From contig NW_027362771.1 in NCBI RefSeq assembly GCF_046119375.1, positions 344,286,001-344,350,000 on the forward strand: a stretch of 64,000 nucleotides of DNA, read 5' to 3'. A program made the position numbers and the translations under genes. This document shows positions 1 through 9,957 of the stretch, piece after piece (the first letter of the stretch is position 1; each line of letters opens with the position of its first letter). The DNA comes from Phyllobates terribilis. Its lineage: Eukaryota. The notes under the pieces were generated by a model, which had not been told where the DNA came from, searched no databases, and saw nothing but the letters and a program-made list of their open reading frames with translations.

Positions 1-646
1 TTCTCTGGATCCATTCGTAGGCCGGTCTGAGAAATAATGTAGCCCAAAAACGGAAGCGAGGTCTGCTCAAAGAGGCACTTCTCATATTTAGCGAAGAGGT
101 GGTTCTGTCTGAGCCTGAGCAGGACCTGACGAACGTCCCTCCGGTGAGTCTGGAGATCCGGAGAGAAGACCAAGATGTCGTCCAGGTACACCACAACGCA
201 GGAGTAGAGAAGGTCCCGGAAGATGTCATTGACCAACTCTTGAAAGACGGCAGGAGCGTTACAGAGACCAAAGGGCATTACCAGATATTCATAGTGGCCG
301 TCCCGGGTGTTGAATGCAGTCTTCCATTCATCCCCTTGACGGATACGGACCAGGTTGTACGCCCCACGGAGGTCCAGTTTGGTGAAGACTCTAGCCCCCC
401 TCAGGCGATCAAATAATTCTGGAATGAGCGGAAGGGGGTACTTATTCTTCACCGTGATCTGGTTAAGGCCTCTATAGTCTATACAGGGACGGAGAGAGCT
501 GTCCTTATTTTTTACGAAGAAGAAGCCTGCTCCCGCCGGGGAGGTAGATTTCCAGATGAATCCCCTGGCCAAATTCTCCTCAATATATTCGGACATCGAC
601 CGGGTCTCAGCAGCGGACAATGGGTAAATACGCCCACGGGGAGGAG
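1..646 (-). pseudogene. pol, reverse transcriptase portion (frame open to the window edge)
   Basis: Manual translation gives [10 protein letters not shown]...[10 protein letters not shown]...KLDLRGAYN...[29 protein letters not shown]...[12 protein letters not shown], with YLDD at 188-177. It is in frame with the protease once the LTR at 647-1748 and one TSD copy are removed. Confidence 0.93.
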
Positions 647-1748
647 TGTAGTGCCGGCGTCCCTGCCCTCTGCTAGGCAGGGACGCTGCTCCCCTCACCG
701 CTCTGCCCCGTGCCCGGCGTCCCTCTCCCGCTCTGCTGTCAGCGCGCGCTCCTTCCCGGCGTCCTCCTCCCGCTCTGCTCTCAGCGCGCGCTCCTTCCCG
801 GCCCCTGTGCTTAGGGCGCGCGCGCGCGCGCTCCCCTCCTCTTAAAGGGGCCGCGCGCGCCGTCCTAAGGAGTCCCCGGCCAATGGCCGGAGGACTTCAT
901 CATATATAAGGCACCTCCTCCAAAATGGAGGTGCCCGAGCAATGTTGTTTGCACCTGTGTCTCACCTGTGCTTCAGCCCTCAGGTCCCGTTGCCAGTTAC
1001 CTGCCAGTTACCTGTCAGATTCCTGCCTGATTACTTGCTACCTGTCTGCTTGCCTGAGGTCCGACGGTCTGCCTTACAACTCCGGTCAGTCTGTCTATGG
1101 ACCAGCTTGCCCGCTCACCTGGGAGCGCTTCTCCGTTACCTGCCTGCTTGCCAGCCCGGAGGCTCCGCTGTCACGTGCTGTGACCACCAGCTACTCCACA
1201 CTCTTGCCCGCTCACCTGGGAGCGCTTCTCCGCTACCTGCCTGCTTGCCTGCCCGGAGGCTCCGCTGTCACGTGCTGTGACCACCAGCTACTCCAGACTC
1301 TTGCCCGCTCACCTGGGAGCGCTTCTCCGCTACCTGCCTGCTTGCCTGCCCGGAGGCTCCGCTGTCACGTGCTGTGACCACCAGCTATTCCTGAGACTCT
1401 TGCCCGCTCACCTGGGAGCGCTTCTCCGTTATCTGCCTGCTTGCCTACCTGGAGGCTCCGCCGTCACGTGCTGTGACCACCTGCTATTCCAGAGACTCTC
1501 GCTTGCTCACCTGGGAGCACACATTCTTCATCTGCCTTGCTAGCCTACCTGGAGGTTCAGCCATCACAGGTCGTACCTACCCCTTTATCCAGAGACTGCC
1601 CTGATCACTTGCCGTGTCCTCCTGCCCGTACACCCAGAGACTGTCCTGGTCACCTCCTGTGACTACCTGCCTGGTCGCCACCCGCTCCCTTACAAGGACC
1701 GCCCCCTTGTATTGTAGCCCAGAGGTTCCGCCTCCCAGACCCGTTACA
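647..1748 (+). mobile_element. Solo LTR of the same family as 3291-4530, inserted antisense into pol
   Basis: TGTAG...TTACA termini; 5-bp TSD AGGAG at 642-646 and 1749-1753; reverse-complement similarity to 3291-4530; CCAAT ~880 and TATA 903-909. Confidence 0.95.
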
Positions 1749-2357
1749 AGGAGTAGTACCGGGTAACAGGTCGATAGGACAGTCGTATGGTCTATGAGGG
1801 GGTAATGTCTCTGCCTCCTTTTTATTAAAGACATCAGCGAATGACCAATAGGGAATCGGAAGTCCAGGTAGATTAGTTGGGGTAGGAGAAGGACGGACGG
1901 GATGAACAGGAACCAAACAAGTCTTATGACAGTCCTGTCCCCAGCGAAGGACTTCTCCGGTCTGCCAGTCAAGCACGGGTGCATGTCTCTGGAGCCAAGG
2001 TAGACCTAGTAAGAGGGCGTGAGAGAGTCCAGGCAGAACATGAAAAGAGATGCTCTCAGAATGCAGCATTCCCACCTGCAGAGTTACGGATTCGGTGATG
2101 AGTTGGATGGGACGTGGTAAGAGGCCCCCATCCACAGCAGCGACAGATATTGGTACAGCCAGAGGTTTGGTGGGAATGCGGTATTTTTCTACCAGGGACT
2201 GTGAGATAAGATTCACGGCCGCTCCAGAGTCAAGTTGGGCTAGTTCGAAATAACGATTCTCCCCGCAGATAATAGAGACTGACAGTAGCAGAGATGGAGA
2301 GGATTTATTCTTGTCTAGGTTGACCTCTCTGAGCGAACCTAGACACAGGCGTTTCCC
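1749..2357 (-). pseudogene. pol N-terminus: aspartic protease and linker, in the -1 frame relative to gag
   Basis: The frame is open from the slippery site: [17 protein letters not shown]...[16 protein letters not shown]...[17 protein letters not shown]...[19 protein letters not shown]. Confidence 0.92.
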
Positions 2358-3277
2358 GACCTCTCCGGGCAGGTACGGATCCGGTGCTCCTTACTGCCAC
2401 AGTAGAAGCAGCTCCCTTCGGCACGGCGTAAGTCCTGACGGGTTTTGACCATCTTGGTCTGGTCGACCTGCATAGGCTCAGGAGAGTGTACCTGGGGAGA
2501 GACGGATTTCTGAAAAGTAGGAGCTAGACGTGGAAACCTCCTCTCACGGGTGACCTCTTTGGCACGCTCCTGGAACCGTAGGTCAATCCGGGTGGCAAGA
2601 GTTATTAGGTCATCGAGAGTGGTAGGAATGTCCCGACCGGCAAGTTCATCTTTAATACGGCCGGACAGACCCTCCCAGAAGACGGATACCAGAGCGTCGT
2701 TATCCCAGGCCAGCTCCTAGGCAAGGGTACGGAACCGTATGGCATATTGGCCCACGGTGAGACTTCCCTGACGGAGGCGTAGCAGAGATGATGCGGATGA
2801 GGTCTTCCGTCCGGGTTCGTCGAAGACTTTCCGGAAAGCCATGAGAAAGGCAGGCAAGTCGGACACCAGGGGGTCTCCTCTCTCCCATAGAGGATTTAGC
2901 CAGGCCAGGGCCTCCCCGGTGAGATGGGACATGATGAAGGCAATTTTGGCCCGGTCGGAGTTAAACTGGTGGGACAGGAGTTCAAAGTGCAGGGTGCACT
3001 GATTTATGAAGCCCCGAGCCTGGGCGGAGTCGCCTCCGAAGCGAGGAGGTGCAGAAAGCCGGGGTCCGGGGTAGGATACCATGGTATTGGTGGGCAGCGG
3101 AGCTGCCGGGTTGCGAGTCATGGCACTGGCGATGGTTGCTGGTGGAGCAGTCAGAGTGTCCAGACGAGAATTGACATTCCGCAGGTGACCCAGGATGGAC
3201 TCCTGTTGAGACCTCTGACAGGACAGTTCATGACAGAGGTCCGAGAGCGAGGGAGCTTGGGTGCCACCGGGTTCCAT
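2339..3277 (-). pseudogene. gag (retrotransposon capsid plus CCHC zinc knuckle) with one premature TAG at 2719-2717
   Basis: PPRFGGDSAQARGFINQC...AKIAFIMSHLTGEALAW; the frame resumes after the TAG as ELAWDNDALVSVFWEGLS...[14 protein letters not shown] (CX2CX4HX4C) to the stop at 2341-2339. Confidence 0.92.
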
Positions 3278-3278
3278 G

Positions 3279-3290
3279 GCCCGAGCAAAC
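3279..3290 (-). promoter_or_regulatory. Self-priming primer binding site (GTTTGCTCGGGC)
   Basis: Directly follows the LTR end; lacks the TGG of tRNA-type PBS; 10 nt are complementary to GCCCGAGCAA located 30 nt after the LTR TATA box. Confidence 0.8.
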
Positions 3291-4530
3291 TGTAACGGGT
3301 CTGGGAGGCGGAACCTCTGAGCTACTATACAAGGGGGCGGTCCTTGTAAGGGAGCGGGTGGCGACCAGGGTAGACGGACAGGCAGTCACGGCAAGTGACC
3401 GGGGCAGTCTCTGGATGAACGGGCAGGAGGTCACGGCAAGTGACCGGGGCAGTCTCTGGATGAACGGGCAGGAGGTCACGGCAAGTGACCGGGGCAGTCT
3501 CTGGATGAACGGGCAGGAGGTCACGGCAAGTGACCGGGGCAGTCTCTGGATGAACGGGCAGGAGGTCACGGCAAGTGACCGGGGCAGTCTCTGGATGAAC
3601 GGGCAGGAGGTCACGGCAAGTGACCGGGGCAGTCTCTGGGTAAAGGATTGGTACGACCTGTGGCGGCAGATGATAGACGTGAGCTCCCAGGTGAGCAGGC
3701 GAGAGTCTCTGGATAATCGGGTGGTCACAGCATGTGACGGCGGAGCCTCCAGGAAGACCAACAGACAGGTAGCAGATGAGCGCTCCCAGGTGAGCGGGCA
3801 AGAGTCTCTGGAATAGCAGGTGGTCACAGCACGTGACGGCGGAGCCTCCAGGTAGGCAAGCAGGCAGGTAGCGGAGGAGCGCTCCCAGGTGAGCGGGCAG
3901 GAGTCTCTGGAATAGCAGGTGGTCACAGCACGTGACGGCGGAGCCTCCAGGAAGGCTAGCAGGCAGGTAGCAGATGTGCGCTCCCAGGTGAGCGGGCAGG
4001 AGTCTCTGGAATAGCAGGTGGTCACAGCACGTGACGGCAGAGCCTCCAGGAAGGCTAGCAGGCAGGTAGCAGATGTGCGCTCCCAGGTGAGCGGCCAAGC
4101 TGGTCCATAGACAGACTGACAGGAGTAGGAAGGCAGACCGTCGGACCTCAGGCTAGCAAGCAGGTAGCAGGAATATCAGGCAGGAAACAGACAGCAAACT
4201 GGCAGGACTCTGGCAGGAATCAGGCAGGTAACTGGCAACGGGACCTGAGGGCTGAAGCAGAGTAGTGAACAGTGCAACAACATTGCTCGGGCACCTCCAT
4301 TTTGGAGGAGGTGCCTTATATATGGTGAAGTCCTCCGGCCATTGGCCGGGGACTCCTTAGGACGGCGCGCGCGGCCCCTTTAAGAGGGAGGGAGCGCGCG
4401 CGCCCTAAGCACAGTGGCCGGGAAGGAGCGCGCGCTGCCAGCAGAGCGGGAGGAGGACGCCGGGCTCGGAGCAGAGAGGTGAGGGGAACAGCGTCCCTGC
4501 CTAGCAGAGGGCAGGGACGCCGACGCTACA
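3291..4530 (-). repeat. 5' LTR (1240 bp) with 45-bp and 99-bp tandem arrays
   Basis: TG...CA ends; TATA at 4322-4316; 45-bp unit starting at 3421, 3466, 3511, 3556 and 3601; 99-bp unit at 3802, 3901 and 4000. Confidence 0.93.
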
Positions 4531-4741
4531 CCTACTATGTTTTTATATGCCAACTGTTGGATGTAAAAGCAACACACGCTATACCCCAACAAAAAATATT
4601 GTATACCCACAAGCATTGTGAAATTAAATATTTTAGAAACGTGCGCTTTTTCTTTTCCATTTAAGCAGACTGAGCCACAGCTAGTAAGAAATTAAAACAA
4701 CCGGGTGACCACTCTGAGGAAAGCCCCTTAAAAGGGGTATA

Positions 4742-7100
4742 CAACCCCTGGCAAAACTTATGGAATCATCGGGCTCGGAGGATGTTCATTCAGTTGTTTA
4801 ATGTTGTTGAAAAAAAGCAGATCACAGACATGGCACAAAACTAAAGTCATTTCAAATGGCAACTTTAGGGCTTTAAGAAACACTAAAAGAAATCAAGATT
4901 AAAAATGTGGTACTCAGTAAGGGTAATTATTTTCAGACCAAGCAGAGGGAAAAAATAATGGAATCACTCAATTCTGAGGAAAAAATTATAGAATCATGAA
5001 AAACAAACACACAAAAGAACACTCCAATACATCACTAGTATTTTGTCGCACCACCTCTGGCTTTAATAACAGCTTGCAGTCTCTAAGGCATGGACTTAAT
5101 GAGTGACAAACAGTACTCTTCATCAATCTGGCTCCAACTTTCTCTGATTGCTGTTGCCAGATCAGCTTTGCAGGTTAGAGGTTGCAGGTTGGAGCCTTGT
5201 CGTGGACCATTTTCTTCAACTTCCACCAAAGATTTTCAATTGGATTGAGATCTGGACTATTTGCAGGCCATGACATTGACTTTATGTGTCTTCTTTGAAG
5301 CAATGTTTTCACAGTTTTTGCTCTATGGCAGGATGCATTATCATCTTGAAAAATGATGTCATCGTCCCTAAACAACCTTTCAATTGATGGGATAAGAAAA
5401 CTGTCCAAAATATCAATGTAAACTTGGGAATTTATTGAAGATGTAATGACAGCCATCTCCCCAGTACCTTTACCTGACATGCAGCCCCATATCATCAATG
5501 ACTGTGGAAATTTGCATGTTCTCTTCATGCAGTCATCATTATAAATCTCATTGGAACGACACCAAACAAAACTTCCAGCATCATCACCTTGCCCAATGCA
5601 GGTTCGCGATTCATCACTGAATATGACTTTCATCCAGTCATCCACAGTCCACAATTGCTTTTCCTTAGCCTATTGTAACCTTGCTTTTTTCTGTTTAGAT
5701 GTTAATGATGGCTTATGTTTAGCTTTTCTGTATGTAAATCCCATTTGCTTTAGGCGGTTTCTTACAGTTCGATCACAGACATTGACTCCAGTTTCCTCCT
5801 ATTCGTTCCTCATTTGTTTTGTTGTGCATTTCCTGTTTTGGAGACATATTGCTTTAGGCTGGGTGCCCACGTAGCGTTTTTCAAGCGTTTATGCTGCGGA
5901 ATTTCCGCAGCGGAAACGCTTGTGAAATGCTAGGTAATCCGCACCCCATGGTCTCCAAGGGGATTCCGCATGTTCTATGCACATGCTGCGGATTTTTCCG
6001 CAGCGTTTATGCTGCGTACAAAAATCCGCAGCATGTCATTTAATTTTGCAGAAGCGCAGCGGAACTCCCGCCATTGACTTGCTTTGAGACGCATAGAAAC
6101 CGCGACTGTACATTTGTACAAGCGGCTTCTATGCGTCTCTATGTGCAGATGGTACCCAGTTCTGGAGTAGAGGAAACTCTCATCCAGACCTGGGTACCAT
6201 TGTACCTGTAAAAAAAGAATAAAATAACAAATAAAGTTTATACTCACCTTTCCGAAGGCTTCTCTCTGAATGCCGGCATCGCTGAAGGACCTGCGGTGAC
6301 GTCACAGTCATGTGACCGCAGGCCCTTCACCGCTCTGTCTCGCGATATGCCGGCAGCCGGGAACCAGCCAGGAAGCAGCGCTGCAGCACACGCCGGGGCC
6401 TCGGGGGTGAGTATAGCTTTATTTGTTTTAATTTTTACGGTTCACACTGTATAAATCCATGCTGTTTGCATGGATTTATACAGTGTGACCTAGTTGTCAA
6501 GCACTTTCCAAGTGATGCTATCGCCTGGAAAGCGCTTGTCAATCTGCATGGGAAATGCATGTGAATCCGCATGTGGATCCGCATGTATTCTGCAGGAAAA
6601 ACGCATGCACAATCTGCATGCATTTTTTCTGCCAGGGAGATGCAGAAATGCTGCAGAAATTTTCTGCTTCATTTCTGCATCGTGGGCACATAGCCTTAAG
6701 TTTCTCTCGTGTTGGAGCCATGATTCATGTCAGTCCACTTGGTGCAACAGCTCTCCAAGGTGTGATCACTCCTTTTTAGATGCAGACTAACGAGCAGATC
6801 TAATTTGATGCCGGTGTTAGTTTTGGAAATGGAAATTTACAAGGAGATTCTATCATTTTTTCCTCAGAATTTTAGTGATTCCATATTTTTTTCACTCTGC
6901 TTGGTCTGAAAAAAATGACCCTTACTGAGTACCACATTTTTTAGCTTGATTTCTTTTAGTGTTTCTTAAAGCCCTAAAGTTGCCATTTGAAATGACTTTA
7001 GTTTTGTGCCATGTCTGTGATCTGCTTTTTTTCAACAACATTAAACAACTGAATGAACATCCTCCGAGCCCGGTGATTCCATAATTTTTGCCAGGGGTTG
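4742..7100 (-). mobile_element. Tc1-like DNA transposon with ~230-bp TIRs and a defective transposase
   Basis: TA flanks; TIR CAACCCCTGGCAAAA...; motifs VIFSDES, IFQDDNA and SPDLNPIENLW (5175-5654); ATG at 6721; nonsense codons and a MITE insertion. Confidence 0.93.
5857..6695. mobile_element. PIF/Harbinger-type MITE nested in the Tc1
   Basis: TIRs GGCTGGGTGCCCACG / CGTGGGCACATAGCC; 3-bp TSD TTA at 5854-5856 and 6696-6698; no coding capacity. Confidence 0.85.
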
Positions 7101-7112
7101 TAGTAGCCTTAA

Positions 7113-7717
7113 CATCTTGTATTCCTGCGGTAACTTGGGCCTGAATCCACTTTCGAAGTCTTCAGTGGGAGATCTTAAAAAAGGGAGAAGAAATCAAAGG
7201 AAACCTAGATGGAAGAATCACCATTTCAAGAACTACACAGAAATCCCTAAGCTGGTGGCTTTTTGAAAAGAACCTCTACCGGGGGGTTCTGTGGGAAATA
7301 AAAAAAAAAATCATCAGTAAAGATGCAAGTCCTTTTGGGTGGAGGGCCCACACAGGGGGCAAAGTTCTTCATGGAAAATGGTTGCCAAAGTTGCAAAATT
7401 CATTGTCAAATTCGAAACTAGCGTTACTAGAAGCTCTACCGGAAGTAAGGGGCCACTGTAAACGTGCTGTCAGACAACTGGACAGCAATAGCATACATGA
7501 ACAAGCAAGGAGGCACAAGGTCCAAAAAAATTATGACAATGGCAAGGAAGATAATAGCCTTAGCTGAAGAAAATTTTCTATCCCTGTCAGCAAGAAACAT
7601 AAAAGGGAAAGTAAACCCAGAAGTGGACTTCTTCAGCGATCATCAAACATGGACACAGCAAATGGGAAGCTAATATTTAAATATAATGCCCAGCTCAAAG
7701 AAAGGGAGGCCACACCT
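7113..7717 (+). mobile_element. Degenerate DIRS1-like fragment (RNase H region)
   Basis: Remnant motifs KDASPFGW and LSDNWTAIAYMNKQGGTRS, similar to the RNase H region of the DIRS ORF at 62652-64000. Confidence 0.75.
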
Positions 7718-7720
7718 TTA

Positions 7721-8582
7721 GGGTATGTGCACACGATGCAGAAATGCTCAGGATTTTTTCCTGAGCGTTTCTGCATCTCTCTGGCAGGAAAAAACGCATG
7801 CGGATTGTACATGCGGTTTCCTGCCAGGGACATGCGGAAATGAAGCGGTCTTCACATGCATTTCCGCATGCGGGTTGACAAGCGCTTCCCAAGCGATTTT
7901 AGCATCACTTGGAAAGTGCTTGTCAACTTCACACTATATAAATCCATGCAGCCGGCATGGATTTATATAGTGTGTGATGTCAAAAAATAAAAAATAAATC
8001 TATACGTTACCATCTGATGGCCCCCGGTGTCCTGCTTCATCGGTCCCGGCTGCCGGCAGTGAAGACTGTAGGACCTTCCGACGTCAGCGTCACGTGACCC
8101 GTCACATGACTCTGACGTCAGCGAAGGTCCTTCATTCAACCGCGAAGTGCGCGGGAAGCCGGCAGGACGCAGCGCGGGCCGTCAGAAGGTGAGAATATAT
8201 ATATTTTTTATTTTATTCTTTTTTTTTTAATGGTACCTGGGTCTGGATGAGAGTCCTCTCATCCACACCCGGGTACCATCCGCACATTAGACCGCATGAA
8301 AAGCGCATCAACATATACAGTGATGCGGATTCCATGCGGTCTAATGCAAGTCAATGGCGGCAAAAGAGCAGCGTTTCCGCAAAATTAATTGACATGCTGC
8401 GGATTTTTGACCGCAGCGTTTACGCTGCGGAAAAATCCGCATCATGGGCACAGCACATGCGGATTTCCATTGGGGAACATTGCTGCCCTTCTACCATGCG
8501 TTTTTCATGCGTTTCCGCAGCGTTTACGCAACTGCAAAAACGCCGCGGAAACGCATGAAAAACGCATCGTGTGAACTCAGCC
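7721..8582. mobile_element. PIF/Harbinger-type MITE, same family as 5857-6695
   Basis: TIR GGGTATGTGCACACGATGC / GCATCGTGTGAACTCAGCC; TSD TTA at 7718-7720 and 8583-8585. Confidence 0.85.
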
Positions 8583-9432
8583 TTACCAACACTAAATGCA
8601 GAAATAACTTACCATTTGCTGTGTGTCTATGTTTGGGACCCGGTCCTGCTCAGCCCTTTCTCACCCTAATGTCACTATGACGCATGGTAAGGTTTTAATA
8701 CTAGAGGTTTGTACCATCCCGAATTTGGGTGCATCTTGACGCTGGTGGGATGGCTTTTACACTTTTTTTTTTAATTTTTAATCAAAAATGGTGTTTATGA
8801 AGTACCCAATGTTATTTATATGCACTATTGCTTTTACTTATTTCCTTACAGCAGGGTATATGTCCAACATTACACTCAGGGTTAATTCACAAGACGGTAA
8901 TGTGGACTCATATTCTCATATGCATTAGAGCTCCAATTACCAGCCTTACTGCGGGCCTTGTAACCTGATCCAAATGTATCATTTGTACCTATGAGGCTGC
9001 TCATTTAGGTCATGAGACCCATAGTCGGACCATTGTGTGAATTAGTCCTTAGAGTGTGCTGCCGTGATCTCATTTAATATTGCAGGGCATGCTTGGAAGT
9101 AATATCTTAGCCAGTGGTAGAGGAGGGTATTCATACACAAAAACCCCATAAAAAGACAGTTTTGACGCAGTCTCTGTGTAAGATTTGTCTACTAGGAAAA
9201 TCCATGTCCAATAACTTGGTGAACCTACCTTTATAGGTATAGATAAATTCTGTGGTGCAGCTGCTGTATGCTGCCAACAGTCAAGTCCACCTACGACTGA
9301 ATGTGAGCATGAGTTTGCAGTCCTGTAAATTCATTATTTTTTAGAAAAAAAATCATGGCAAAAATGTTGCAGCCCTACCGTGATTGTGGCAAAAAAAAGC
9401 CTACTCTGCAGCATAGTGTGAATGCAGCCTTA

Positions 9433-9957
9433 GGGTATGTGCACACAACCTCTTTTTCAGGCAGAATCTGCTGAAGAAACCGCCTATACAGTAAGCTCAG
9501 AATACACTCAAAAGCATGAATGTATGCATTTTTATGTAAAAATGAATTGCTGAGCATATGTTTAGGTTTCTAAAAATGCCAAGCGGTTAAAAGAAGTGAC
9601 ATGTCCAGTCTTCTGGTGTTTTACACTCAGAAGACGTTCTGTACTTTACAATACAAATCAACGGGAAAGCTTGGAAGAAACCTGGACTTTTTTACTTTGC
9701 CATCGCATTCGCTTAAAAAAATAACCCTAGTGTTTTTTTCATTGAATGAAGTGAAAAAAAAATGAATGGAGAATGGCAGTAAAAAAGACATCACAAAAAC
9801 CATGGGAAAACAAATAGGAAAAAAGGTCAGGAAATGACAGAATTAACAATACAAAATATGCTTTAGGAAAAAAAACCCTCTAATTTCCTGAAGCGTCTTC
9901 TATGTGAAGAACCCCGTAATTTCACAGGATTGTAAAAGATGTCTTATGCGCATAGTC
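9433..9957. mobile_element. Older Harbinger-type MITE
   Basis: Starts GGGTATGTGCACAC; degenerate right TIR TGCGCATAGTC; TTA on both sides. Confidence 0.6.

Larger units (their letters stand above)
1..4530 (-). mobile_element. Ty3/Gypsy LTR retrotransposon of the Tf1/sushi (PEG10/RTL1-related) group; 5' LTR, gag and partial pol, running off the left edge
   Basis: LTR 4530->3291 (TGTAG...TTACA), then gag ATG at 3277, CCHC knuckle, GGGAAAC slippery site, DSGA protease and RT with YLDD. Confidence 0.95.

Noticed and set aside
99-416. + strand ORF of 105 aa
   Set aside because: It is the antisense shadow of the Gypsy RT frame.
925-1543. Repetitive Cys/His/Leu-rich ORFs, also at 3228-4098 and 3358-3816, as host proteins
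   Set aside because: They are translations of 45- and 96-99-bp LTR tandem repeats, with no domain or splice support.
2717-2719. In-frame TAG in gag as programmed readthrough
   Set aside because: It lies mid-capsid with no visible stimulatory element, and the element already has a -1 frameshift signal. A point mutation is more parsimonious.
8600-8695. Segment flanked by donor-like motifs on both strands (possible exon of a neighbouring gene such as pclaf)
   Set aside because: No acceptor or recognisable peptide was found; the synteny expectation alone is not evidence.
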